Assembly (NCBI GenBank): GCA_047495785.1
Contig: JBLDXI010000024.1
Location: forward strand, 1,178,001-1,242,000
Source: Lepidodermella squamata
Taxonomy: Eukaryota; Animalia; Gastrotricha
Direction: 5' to 3'
Length of the DNA stretch: 64,000 nt
The position numbers were made by a program, and so were the translations under genes. The number at the start of each line of letters is the position of its first letter. Within the stretch, counting starts at the first letter, position 1. Positions 35,601 through 47,438 of this stretch are shown here, piece by piece. A model generated the notes under the pieces. The model saw only the letters and a program-made list of their open reading frames with translations, was not told the DNA's origin and ran no database searches.

Positions 35601-38600
35601 TTGCAGCCGGTGCTTGCTTGTTAAGGCACTTCCATATGAAGGTGGCCAGGTGGATGGCGTGTTTTTGTTCCACGTCAACCCAGCCAAGGCGATGTCGCAG
35701 TGGTTGAGCATCAGCGAGCGGATGAGCGCCACAAATAACTCGAACTGCTCGGTCTTGCGTCGATTGAAGCCTGGCCAGTGTGGTCGGGGCAGCTTGGCCC
35801 AAGGTCAGGTTACCGTAATTCAAGTGACTAAATATCAAACCATTGGCCATTAAGATAGCAGTCCTACGACTTACGAACTTCGAGGCCAGCTTGAGAACAA
35901 ACAAACCTCTTCTTGCTTTGCTTTTGGCACCATTTATGTGCTTCTTGAAAGATAGTTTATTGTCGATCGTAAAGCCAAGTGTTACCATTGCACTTGACGG
36001 CTTAACAATTGCGTCGCCGATTTTAATACAGAAATCCGGAGCCGTAGGCATCGCGCATTTCAATATCAAAAATTGCGACTTTTTACCGTTAACCTGCAAG
36101 GAGTTGGATTTCAACCAGCAACAAACCCGATTGATTTCCTGTTGAAGAACCGATCTGAGTTCGTTGACGTTCCGACTGGCGAAATAAATTGTTATATCGT
36201 CTGCGTATTGTTTGATTCCGCAGCGCGTAACGACGAGTGATAGTTCATTTACGTACACTGTAAACATAAGTGGCCCTAAAACTGAGCCCTGAGGCACACC
36301 ATGGTGAATTTCTTCAAAGGCAGATAGTGCGCTGTTAATCTTTGTAGCCTGTATTTGATTGCTGTAATTAAGGGCTATCGATTGGTGCCAAATCGAATTG
36401 CGCGCGGAAATTTTGGAAATATGATTTTTGGCCAAAATGTTGCGTTTTTTGGCCAAAACTTGACCTTGAGTGTGCCGCGTGGACTTCGATTTGGCACCAA
36501 TCGATAGCCCTTAATTACAGCAATCGATTGATATGTGATGATCGATTGTCACCCTCACGGTTTGGCCACTATGACAGTTTAAAATATTGCTTAAGCCTAT
36601 ACCGTATAAGCTTAGATCCTCTATAGGCGTACAACATATATGAACCTTCAAAATAATTAAATAATCATTCTTCAAATTAGATGAGCTGAAATAAAAACCT
36701 GTTCTTAACATTCATTTCAGTGACTTTTGGGGCACGGAGTTGGATTTGCGAAATGTGGAAATCGTTGCTGAGCGTGCCATTTCGTTCAGAACAATCACGA
36801 CTACGCCGAAGCCTTTAACAGATGAAATTGGAAATATCAGCGATATAAACTCGTGGATAAGAGAAAGCTCCTATCTCCGCAAAGACACAGATCCTTGGTT
36901 GAATGGTAAGAAGTTTCAAATGACTGAAAAGAGAGAGCCTGAACTAAAAAAGAATATAGGCTCGTTGAAGCATCCGTGTCTCCAGCTTTTTATTCAGTTT
37001 TTTTTATTTTAGTATCCACAGTATTCATTTTTTGAACTTACACAATTTTTATATTATAAGACCTGAAACTTCCTTGGGTTTTGGGTTTATGTATGGTGAA
37101 CATTGAGCTTTTCCTATTCCTAGAGTGCTTGGAGACCTTAAAAGGATGCACGTTGGATCCTACGAATATAAATTTCGATCAATGCAGTAAGTTTTGTTTG
37201 TAAATTATTCTGCGGACATTTAAATATGTATTCTTTTCAAGAGGAAACTGAGTTCAAAGACACCGATCTACCCTTATCGGACTGGGTGAATTCTGTCAGC
37301 AACGCCCTTTACGCCGGTGCTTATGCTATGAAATCCCTTTTCGATGAGAAATGCAGCTTAACACCTGGTGCTGATTGCCGAAAGTTCGATCCAGCAAATG
37401 ACGGTGTCAAACTGTTCCAACACATCAGAAACGCAACAGTCCCATTGCAAGGTGGCGCAAGATTCAGTTTCTACCGCGGCCGAGAAGGTTTCCCGCTTTA
37501 TCGCATCAATCGCTATTCAATCGAACGCGGCGGTGGTAGTACGAATTACATCTACCGCCAAATCGGAACTTGGGATGTCAATAATAAGTTCAAATGGACA
37601 GCCGACACATCGGAATATCGGGCACCTAATGATGTCGTCTGCGCCCGGCCTTACAGCAACGAGACCTGGATCCGAGCCCCCATTGTTCAGGGCGCACTTT
37701 CGCCAACGATTCTGTGCGGTAGTCAAGGCTACGGCACTACGATTATCCATGAACCGCAGATTACTATCAACAACAACAACAACAACAATGTAATCCTACC
37801 GGTGGTTACAACGATACTCTCAGTCGCCATTCTAGCTTTGATCATCGCTGTGGTGATAATTTACCTGAAATTTCAGCGGGAACCTGACCAGAAACTAGAT
37901 GACCAGACAGCCTTGGAAATTTCGCGTTTTACTCAGTATCATTTCGGAAATTGCCCTGGACTGACAATGGACGAAAAAGTAGAATTACGAGACGTTTTGC
38001 AGACCTATTACATTCCAAACGATAGGCTATCAATTTCAACCGAAGCCCTAGGCGAAGGCCATAAAGGTGTCGTCTACAAAGGTAAGATGAATGTCAACGG
38101 GGTGTGGCAAGACGTAGCAGCAAAGCAACTAAAAGGCGGCAGCTCGATGGAAACTGCCAAATTTCTGCGAGAAGGTAGTGTTATGCGCGGCTTCGACCAC
38201 CCTAATGTGCTGAAGCTACTCGGCATCAACATTTTGGCGAACAATGCCGCTCAGATTATAGTGCCGTATATTCCTAATGGAAATTTGCGCGATTTTCTCG
38301 CGACTTACGGTCATTCGTTTATGGAGAGTGAAAAAATCAATCTGTGCCTCCAAATTTGCACGGCGATGGAGTACATTGCGGCGAAACAGTGTGTTCATCG
38401 CGATCTGGCGTGTCGCAATATTCTTGTCGAATCGCGGACCTACATCAATATTGTTTTTCTTGCTGATTTCGGCCTGTCCAAGCAGCTCAATGAAAGTGAT
38501 TACGTGAGGCCAAGCGCGGAAGGAGCTCCTCTGCCGCTCCGCTGGTGCCCACCTGAAGCCTTAATAGGTGGTGCATACGATGAGAAGAGTGACGTATGGA

Positions 38601-39048
38601 GTTTCGGCGTTGTTTGCTGGGAAATTTTTAGCAACGGCGACAAACCGTATCCCGGACTGAGGAATGATGAAGTTTTCAGCCGTGTCATGACACACCCTGG
38701 GGGCTATCCCGATTTGCCGGCAACTTCTCCGCAAGATTTGTAAGTTTAACTGACGCTCAACAGAGTTAGCGCACCTAATTTTTTGCTGTACTATATTTTA
38801 GCTACGATGCAATCATGAAGATATGTTGGTTCAGAGATAAGGCACGAAGGCCAACTTTCAGCGAACTCCGCGAGCGAATACAACAATTTCAGAAGTGTCG
38901 TAATTCTCCAATGAGTTCCGCCTCTTCTGGATTTCCCAGATACTCCCGGCAAGCGAGTCAAAATTCTTCGCATTTAGCCGCCAGCTGCTCTCGGCAAGCG
39001 AGTCTTAATTCGTCGCAATTAGCAGAAGAACACGGTGTGTTGGTGTGA
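32639..39048 (+). CDS. Venus-flytrap (mGluR-type) receptor tyrosine kinase, copy 2 (VKR-like architecture)
   Basis: Signal peptide and class-C-GPCR-type flytrap (LDTC, VVGTSYS, YGAT, LSDQNRFRMF, TASD, GPYGEAG, CFCE). Single TM VILPVVTTILSVAILALIIAVVIIYL, then a tyrosine kinase (GEGHKG, VAAK, HRDLACRN, DFG, LPLRW, SDVWSFGV). Last intron ~38741-38802. Confidence 0.88.
34950..36642. mobile_element. Foldback MITE (~390 bp when reconstructed) split by a LINE insertion
   Basis: 34950-35063 is the reverse complement of 36523-36642, and 36357-36396 is the reverse complement of 36485-36525. Confidence 0.75.
35064..36356 (-). mobile_element. 5'-truncated non-LTR retrotransposon (CR1/L2/Jockey-group RT C-terminal half)
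   Basis: GVPQGSVLGP, YADD, a LGFTIDNKL thumb motif and PELWNQLP. Flanked by a duplicated GATT. Confidence 0.85.
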
Positions 39049-39399
39049 CATTCCTATCATTCTTAATTTTTCCAGCGATTCTCGCTATCCCTTGTTATCT
39101 TTTATTTTATTATTTACTGCATGTATGCTTGAAGGTTTCTTAAATATTATCTGAGTCATCTTGTAATTTCTTGTTTATCAGCTTCACTGAAAATAGCTAG
39201 TAAAAAACGTGTCAGTATTACTTGAAGCTGAGCCCGTGACGTCAATTGAAAATGGTTAACGCCTACCTAACATGAGGAGAATAAGGATGTGGCATAGCCT
39301 CACGCTTCACAGGGAAAAGGTGCAGCGGCCGGTAAATGATAATGCATTTCCGCTGGTAAACACTCAATGAACTTTTATTGTCAGTAAAAAACTAAACAA

Positions 39400-39791
39400 T
39401 TAGCCTTTATTTCGAGCCAGAAGAGAGATAGCAGACGCCGTACCTGAAACTTGGAGGTTAGAAGAAGGCTATACCAGAGAAATTACCAGAACAACCTGAG
39501 CTTGTATCAGATCTCCTTCTCTTGCCGAATTTTTAGTCTCGCCATAACATGTTATCGAGCACATTAAACCGCTGATGACGTCTTCGCTCGGTCTAGGCAG
39601 ACAACCTGAAAAAACGTGATGATTGAAGCGAACGGGGATCGATAGACGCAAAAGTGCAATATCGCTATTGAACTTCCGGTTGAACTTATCTCCGTATTCG
39701 GGGTGAATTGTTATCGATGCGACTTTCAGTGGGCCGACTTCAGTCTCCTCGCATAAAGAACGGCGAGTTTTCCCGAGGTAAATGCTCCAAT
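39400..39791 (-). pseudogene. Duplicated, internally deleted 3' fragment of the 47439-50940 protease gene
   Basis: Matches 47439-47479 joined directly to 47840-48190. The exons carrying GDSGGP are deleted and there is no 5' half. Confidence 0.85.
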
Positions 39792-40879
39792 TTAGAATTC
39801 ACGGAAAGCCCATTTTAATTATAATAAGTTGTGATATCATCGAGGTCACGTTGTAGCGCGAGACAATCATTAAGAGAGTGAATCACCTTGTATAATTTTG
39901 TATCATCGGCAAAATATTTAACTATAGCGCTATAGTAAGGACGTCGTTAGAAAATGCCTTTCGTACCGGGCCGAGATCACCCATGCTCGCCAGGCTGACG
40001 AAGCCGAGGCTCGTACTATCAGCGCGCTCCGCCCGGGTCTGTCACACGCTGCGGCTTCTGCTGCCCTGCCCGCTGCTACGGGGGCCACCCCGCCTCCGCC
40101 CGTCCCGGCTCGTCCGCTCGCTCATGCGCACCCACCTGTTGTCGCTGCTGGTTCCGTTCCGCCCGCTCACGCTGCCCTGGTCGTCCCCGCCGGTCGAGTT
40201 CCGCCGCCGCCGCCGCAGCCCTCGCCGTCCGCCGACCTTCTGCCGCCGACCCGAGCTGCCCGCCATGGAGGCCGCCATGTCTGCCTTGAACCAGTTCTTC
40301 CCCCGTCACAGCTGCCTAGCTGCGGGGGCGCCTAGCGCCCGGTCCTGCGTCCTCACCACGACCCGACGTCTCGGCCTTTCCAGGTAACTGTACCCTGTTC
40401 TCCCCACCCGCTTTTCCTTGTGCTCCCTTTTTGCCACAGGATGTTCCTGGCCCCTGGCGCCCTGCCGTTCTGAGTTCCTATTGGACCACGGGTGGCTGCC
40501 CGTGTGCAGCAGTTCCCGTCTCTCCAGTCCCCAGTATCCTGCGCCGCCTAGCTGATCAACCCGCCGTCGCCGCTAGACTGTAACTTTTGTCTGTGCATCA
40601 CTGTGTCGCTGTGTTCCACTATGACTATCATCTGGCTGTCTTTTTCCCTAATTTTTCTTTTACCATTATATAGATATAACATTGTACGTGTGTGCTGTTA
40701 AATGTTTCACTAGATAACTCACTGTAATGTCCCGCCGGTTTAACCTACGGGTTGCGGCGCTGTGTATTTTTGCTTTTCGATCAATAAATCATTCCAATGA
40801 AGTAAAAATAATAAAATAAAATAAATAAAATAAATAAAAATAAAAATAATAAAAATTCGTGGCTGGAATTTTCAAAATC

Positions 40880-41581
40880 TTATTTATTTATTTATTTATT
40901 TATTTATTGAGCATAATCCCATAGTTGAGAGCTCGACGTGGAAAAGGTGCATTTCTAAAATGTTTCGTGCAGAGAATCGAAGTCAGTTCAGGCCAGGTCA
41001 TCAGTCAAAACAAAATAGGACATTAAATCAACAAATAGACAAAATAATCAACAATTTAAAAGATGTTTATATACAAGTTGTCGGCAGTCGTTGGCGGTTG
41101 AGCAGGCTTTCATGCCGCATTTACAATCAGGCAAAGTGCCGTCGTATTCGAGAATGCCAATAGGTTTGTGCTGTGTGCAGTGAAAGTAGATGGGCAGAGA
41201 GTTGAACAAAGCCGGTCCTCGGTAGCTGAGACGAGCTTTGCCGTAGTCGATTCGAGCTTTAGGAAGCTCGAAGGTGAGGTGAGCGTTGCGCAGTTGTCGA
41301 GCGGGTTGTTTCCTGGTAAACAAGTTGCAGATAGCATCCGGGGCTTCACCTATTATGCTCCTGAACATTAAAGTTGCCAGGTGTACGTCGCGTTTGCCGT
41401 CCAAGTCCAACCATCCGAGCTCTTTGCGTAATGGCGCCACGGGAGCGTCCATGGACGCATTCATGATGATTCTGACAGCTCGGTCTTGTAGCTTCTGCAT
41501 TCGTTCGAGTGAAGTTTTGCAGGCCTCGCCGAGCAATATGTCGCAGTAGTGGAGGTGAGAGAAGACAAGGCCATTAGCCAT
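40880..41581 (-). mobile_element. 3' fragment of a non-LTR retrotransposon with an (AATA)n tail
   Basis: MANGLVFSHLHYC...LQDRAVRII...LGWL...LSYRGPALFNSLP is homologous to the 35365 element. A tattta repeat tail lies at ~40880-40908. Confidence 0.8.
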
Positions 41582-41719
41582 CTTCTATCTTCTGAAAACT
41601 CAAGAAAAAGTGAAAAATTGGCGTTTTCCAGCCTTCAGTCTCCTGCATCTCCGAAAAACCGAGGATGGTAATTGTATTTTTTCATACAATTAAATGAAAT
41701 AGAGGGCTGCTCTAAGGGC

Positions 41720-42400
41720 TGCTCTACACGGCTGGTCGAAAGCGCCGAAAGTCTAACCACGGGAATCGCAAGGGGACGTAAGTCAAATTTCACAAAAAGG
41801 GTCGTAATAAAGCCGTTTTTGGTGAAAACGGGTCAACTTTGGGACCCTACCTCTAGGAATCCCGAGGATGGATTTTTGATTTCTTGATATCGTTAGATAG
41901 CCCAATCTTTGTTCTACTAATCTGGTTGGTGGCACCGTAAGTCTTTCCACGGGATTCGTAAGGAGACGAAAGTCAAATGTTACAAAAAACGTCGTAGAGT
42001 GGCCGTTTTTTTTCGCTGAAATCGGGTCAACTTGGCGACCCTCTCTCTTGAAAACCCGTGGATGGAATTTTGATTTATTGGCATCGTTAGATAGCCTGAT
42101 AGCTACTCTACAAGGTTGGTTGTAAGCGCCGAAAGTCTATCCACGGGAATTGCGAGTGGACAACTTGACGACGTTTCTTCTCCCGTAAACCCGTTGATAA
42201 ATTTTTGATTTCTTGATATCCTTAGATAGCCCAAGATGAGATCCACAAGGCTGGTCCAAAGCGCCGAAATCGTGAAATCGTGTCAACTGTACGAGCCTCT
42301 TTTTTGAAAACGCGTGGATGGAGTTTTTATTGCTTGGCCTCGTTAGATAGGCTAAAAGCCAATCTACTAGTCTTGTTGAAAGTCTATCCGTGGGATTGCT
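41720..42400. repeat. Degenerate tandem repeat, ~4 units of ~140-190 bp
   Basis: Recurring gcgccgaaagtcta.ccacggga...ggatgga...tttgattt...cgttagatagcc blocks. Confidence 0.7.
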
Positions 42401-43217
42401 TTCTTTAGAGTGCTATAGAGTGCTATAGACTTAGATTTTATGAGATCTTCCTCGAACCTTCGCTTCAGTTTAGCGAAAAGATGATCATGAAGACAAGCAG
42501 CGACTTTAAATCTACCATACTCGCTATTTTTGTAACCGGATTTTTTGTAGTTATTGAACTTGCGCTGTTTACGGTTATAGAGCCGTCGTAGCTCCACAGT
42601 TTCCCATGGCACTCTGCGAGGTGATTTGAAAACATTTTCATCGGAATAAAGGATTTAATACCGGAATAAAAAACCGAGATGAGGAAGGAACAACACAGCT
42701 CCACCTTAGGCAAACCTTCAATGAGTGGAGGAGCGAAAATGTCAACTTTCGCTCCTCCACTCATGAGCGCCGCGCGCTGTTGAAAGGCCTCGGAGTGCCT
42801 CATAGAGAGATAAAGGATTAAGTGACAATTTCATTTTAGGTGACAGTTTACAGATTTAAGTGACGCAATTATGACGTGGAAATTATGGCGCCTTATACTA
42901 TATGCGAAACGACAAATTTATTGTTTCGTTGCCAATTATTTGGCTGAGTGGAAATTTTCATCCACACGTTTTTTGAAAAATGACTCACTCATGGTCACTA
43001 TACGCTACATCAGCGTATCACTGTTATTCCTAAAATATACCCCTTGCATGCGGGTGCTTGAACATATGAATCATGAACACGAAAAGTAAGAGCAATCAGA
43101 AGCGTGCTTGGAATGTAAACCAGCTCCTTAACTGCTGGATCCTTCAATTAATATTCAAGCTATAAAATAGTGGGTGCCAACCCTTCTGCCATATCCTGAC
43201 TAATTTCGTAGTCAGAA

Positions 43218-46200
43218 ATGAATTTCAAATTTCGATATTTGCTAATAAATTTATTGGCTGTAGCAGTATGTGAAAGCAAGCAGATTTTACAGGTAGAACC
43301 ATGGCTAAACTCACAATGTTTTCGTTAGTTCTGAGCAATTTATTACAGTACTTCTCAGGGCAAACCGGAAGCTTGAAAATCGGATTTATGTTACCTGGTC
43401 ATCGCACCAAATACTCCGGTTCTCCAACATCATCAAGGTATGTTGTTGCCAGGAAGTCGCATTTCAGATCTTAGCATTGAGCTTTCAGTAGCAGCTCCTG
43501 TGGTGAAATTTCGCCATCAGAGGCTCTTTTAGTGTCTCACTTCAAGCGCCTGATCCGAGATGTTGAATTGTCGCAGATATTAGGCACAGGGGTTAAAATT
43601 GGCTTGGAGGTTCTCGACACATGCGGCTCGGAGAGCTTCGCAACTGCCCAGGCTATTCATTGGCTGAATAAGCGGGTTAAAAATGACAACGACTCTGCCG
43701 AGCCGCCGATTGCCTTTGTCGTTGGGACGTCCTACAGCAGGGTGACTCAAACCATCGCCCCGCTGTTGCAACAGTTCGGCATTCCGCTGATCGATTACGG
43801 CGCTACGGCTGACATTTTGAGTGATCAGAATCGCTTCAGGATGTTTACTCGAGTGACAGCGTCTGACAAGTACATGGCCCAGGCTATGGTTGAATTCGTG
43901 AAAACGAACGCATGGAACTGCGTACATCTGCTACACAGCGTGGGTCCTTATGGCGAAGCTGGCGCTGAACAAGTCGCTCAGCAGCTCTTGAATTCGAACA
44001 TTTCAATTTCGAGCGGTGGACCAATCGCGCTGCCTCTCGATCGTTCTTCGAAGACAGATTTTGACGCGGCAGTTGCAAGAATAGCCGAGTCTGAATCAGT
44101 TCGGATCATTATTTGCTTCTGCGAGGCGGGCACAACACTAGGGCTTCTACAAGCTATTAAAGACAGGCAGGGATTGGGCAAATTTTTCATCATTGGCGGG
44201 TGAGTTTCATTAGAAATTAAAAAGATTTGCAAAATATGCATTTACATGGGCTGTTATATTGCCATGTTTAACCCTGGAAACACCTTCAGACTAGCTCATT
44301 TGAGTCTTGCAAGTATGCACCCTTTGAAATACCGACTGTATCAGTCGGGGCAACGAAAATCTCAACGTCGAAATTCTGAAAAATTTCAAAATTAAGTCGA
44401 GCAGGCTGCTATTCCGACCTTCGGCTGCGTCTCAGGTCTCCATAGCTGGCCTTCAGGCGAATATTTTCCGCTATCCGCTACAAAGCTCCCAGATATTGTA
44501 TAATAACAGATCTTAGTTTTGCACCTACACAAAAAACTTAGTTCTTTTAATTTCCGAATATCTCCTTGTAAGAAGCTGATTTTCGCAGCCCGTTTTTTCC
44601 GAGTACAGTTTCTCAAGCGAAGAATCATCTGGTATTCATGTTAATGATAAATTCGGGAGGGATTATGGCTAAATATAATGTTTTTCGTTAAGCTTGAAGA
44701 AAACCAATATTATTACAATTTCTCCTTAATGAAAAATGCGAACTTACTTTTTGTGGAGAGTTTTCTGCATGAGTTTCCTCTCTGGTTAATCTGATCTCTA
44801 TGGTTAGCTGTAATCAAAACTTGTTCTTAATATTTATTTTAGTGACTTTTGGGGCAAGGAGCTGGATTTGCAAAGTCTGGAAATCATTGCCGATCACGCG
44901 ATTTCGTTCAGAACAATCACGACTACGCCAAAACCTTTGACAGCTGAAATTGGAAACATCAGCGATATCAACTCATGGATAAGAGAAAGCAAAGACACGG
45001 ATCCTTGGTTGAATGGTAAGAAATTTTTAATCATTGAGTACTTGGACTTAGGAGACGAAAGGCTTCGTTGAAGCATAAGGGTATATTTGCCTGTGCGAAT
45101 TTTCCTTCATTCACAGTATTCAATTATTTGAGCTTGGTTTCGAAATTCTTTGAGTTTTAGTTTCTTGTCATGGGAAATGATCTTGTTATGATCGTTGATG
45201 CTGACTGAACTACGTTCCCTTATTCCTAGAGTGTCTGGAGACCCTGAAAAAATGCACGTTGGATCCTACTAATACAAATTTCCATAAATGTGGTGAGTTT
45301 TGCTTTTGTTAATTATGACCTGTAAATACAAAAATTTTCTTACTCCAAGAGGAAACTGAGTTCAAAGTCACCGATCTACCCTTATCGGACTGGGTTAATT
45401 CAGTCAGCAGCGCCTTTTACGCCGGTGCTTTTGCTATGAAATCCCTTTTCGATGAGAAATGCCGCTCAATACCAGGCGCAGACTGCCGAAAGTTCGATTC
45501 AGAAAATGACGGTGTCAAACTGTTCCAACACATTGGGAACGCCACAATCCCATTGCAAGGTGGTGGGAGATTCAGCTTCTACCTCGGCCGGGAAGGTTTT
45601 CCGCATTATCGCATAAATCGGTATGCAATCGAACACGGCGAAAGTGGTACCAATTACATCTACCGGCAAATCGGAACTTGGAATGTCACTAAAAAGTTCG
45701 ATTTCAATCCAACTTTTGACACATCGGAATATCGGGCGCCTAATGATGTTGTCTGCGCCCGGCCTTATCACAACGAATCCTGGATCCGAGCCCCCATTGT
45801 ACAGGGCGCACTTTCATCTACGATTCTAATTCCTACAATTATCGATAAACCGGAGATTATTGTTAACAATAACAACAGCGTGATTCTACCGGTGGTGACC
45901 ACGATACTCTCAGTCGCCATTCTTGCTTTGATCATCGCTGTGGTGATAATTTACCTGAAATTCCAACGGGAACCACCTGACCACAAACAGGACAAGACAG
46001 CCTCGGAGGTTTTGCGTTTTACTGAATATCATTTCGGAAATTGTCCTGGTCTGAAAATGGACGACAAAGCAGAATTACGAGACGTCTTACAGGCCTACTT
46101 CATACCAAACGATCAGCTATCAATTTCAAACGAAATCCTAGGTGAAGGCCATAAAGGTGTGGTCTATAAAGGTCAGATGAATGTCAACGGGGTGTGGCAA

Positions 46201-47094
46201 GACGTAGCCGCAAAGCAACTAAAAGGCGGCAGCTCGATGGAAACTGTCAAATTTCTGCGCGAAGGCAGTGTCATGCGCGGCTTTGACCACCCTAATGTGT
46301 TGAAGCTACTCGGCATTAACATTTTGGCGAACAGTGCCGCTCAGATTATAGTGCCGTATATTCCTAATGGAAATTTGCGCGATTATCTCGCGACTTACGG
46401 TCATTCGTTCGTGGAGAGTGAAAAAATCAATCTATGCCTCCAAATTTGTGCTGCTATGGAATACATTGCGGAGAAACAGTGTGTTCATCGCGATCTGGCG
46501 TGTCGCAATATTCTTGTCGAATCGCGGTACTACATCAATATCGTTTTTCTTGCTGATTTCGGCCTGTCCAAGCAGCTCAATGAAAGTGATTACGTGAGGC
46601 CAAGCGCGGAAAGAGCTCCTCTGCCGATCCGCTGGTGCCCACCTGAAGCCTTAATAGGTGGTGCATACGATGAGAAGAGTGACGTATGGAGTTTCGGCGT
46701 TGTTTGTTGGGAAATTTTCAGCAACGGCAAAAAACCGTATCCAGGACTTAAGAATGATGATGTTTTAAGTCTTGTTATGACACACCCTGGGGGCTATCCT
46801 GATTTGCCGGAAAGTTGTCCTCAAGATTTGTAAGTTTAACTTGACGCTCAACAGAGTTAGCGTACCTAATTTTTTGCTGTACTATATTTTAGCTACGATG
46901 CAATCATGAAGATATGTTGGTTCAGAGATAAGACACGAAGGCCAACTTTTAAGGAACTGCGCGAGCGATTACAACAATTTCAGAAGTGTCGTAATTCTCC
47001 TATGAGTTCCGCCTCTTCTGGATTTCCCAGATACTCCCTGCAAGTGAGTCGAAATTCTTCGCATTTAGCCGAAGAAAACGGTGTGCTGGTGTGA
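43218..47094 (+). CDS. Venus-flytrap (mGluR-type) receptor tyrosine kinase, copy 3
   Basis: Same 7-exon layout and motifs as copy 2, with an intact kinase (HRDLACRN, DFG, LPIRW). Ends in ENGVLV. Confidence 0.88.
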
Positions 47095-47438
47095 CAATCC
47101 TAATTCCTAATTTATGTATCACCTTTATCATGTATTATTTTATTATTTACTGCATGTATCCCCCAAATGTTCTTTATTCTTATTTGAGTCAACTTTGTAT
47201 ATTCGGGTTTATCCTTAATATAACTGCTTCACTGAAAATAGCTAGTAAAAAACGTGTCAAGATTATGATGCATTACTGGAACTCTGACGTCACCTAACGA
47301 TGGTTGACGCCCATGTTACATAAGGATGTAACATAGCGTCACGCTTCACGGGAGAAAGTGCTACGGCCGCTTAATTCATACTGCATTTCCGCTGATAAAT
47401 ACTCAAGAAACTTTTATTTTCAATAAAAAACTAAACAA

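Noticed and set aside
36357-36456. N-terminal extension of the 363-aa RT ORF
   Set aside because: It is read-through into the foldback MITE; RT homology stops at ~36356.
39983-40387. 134-aa Arg/Pro-rich ORF
   Set aside because: It is explained by extreme GC content and has no domain or splice support.
42367-42803. Two short minus-strand ORFs resembling degraded retroelement protein
   Set aside because: They are frameshifted and lack a diagnostic motif, so they are too weak to call.
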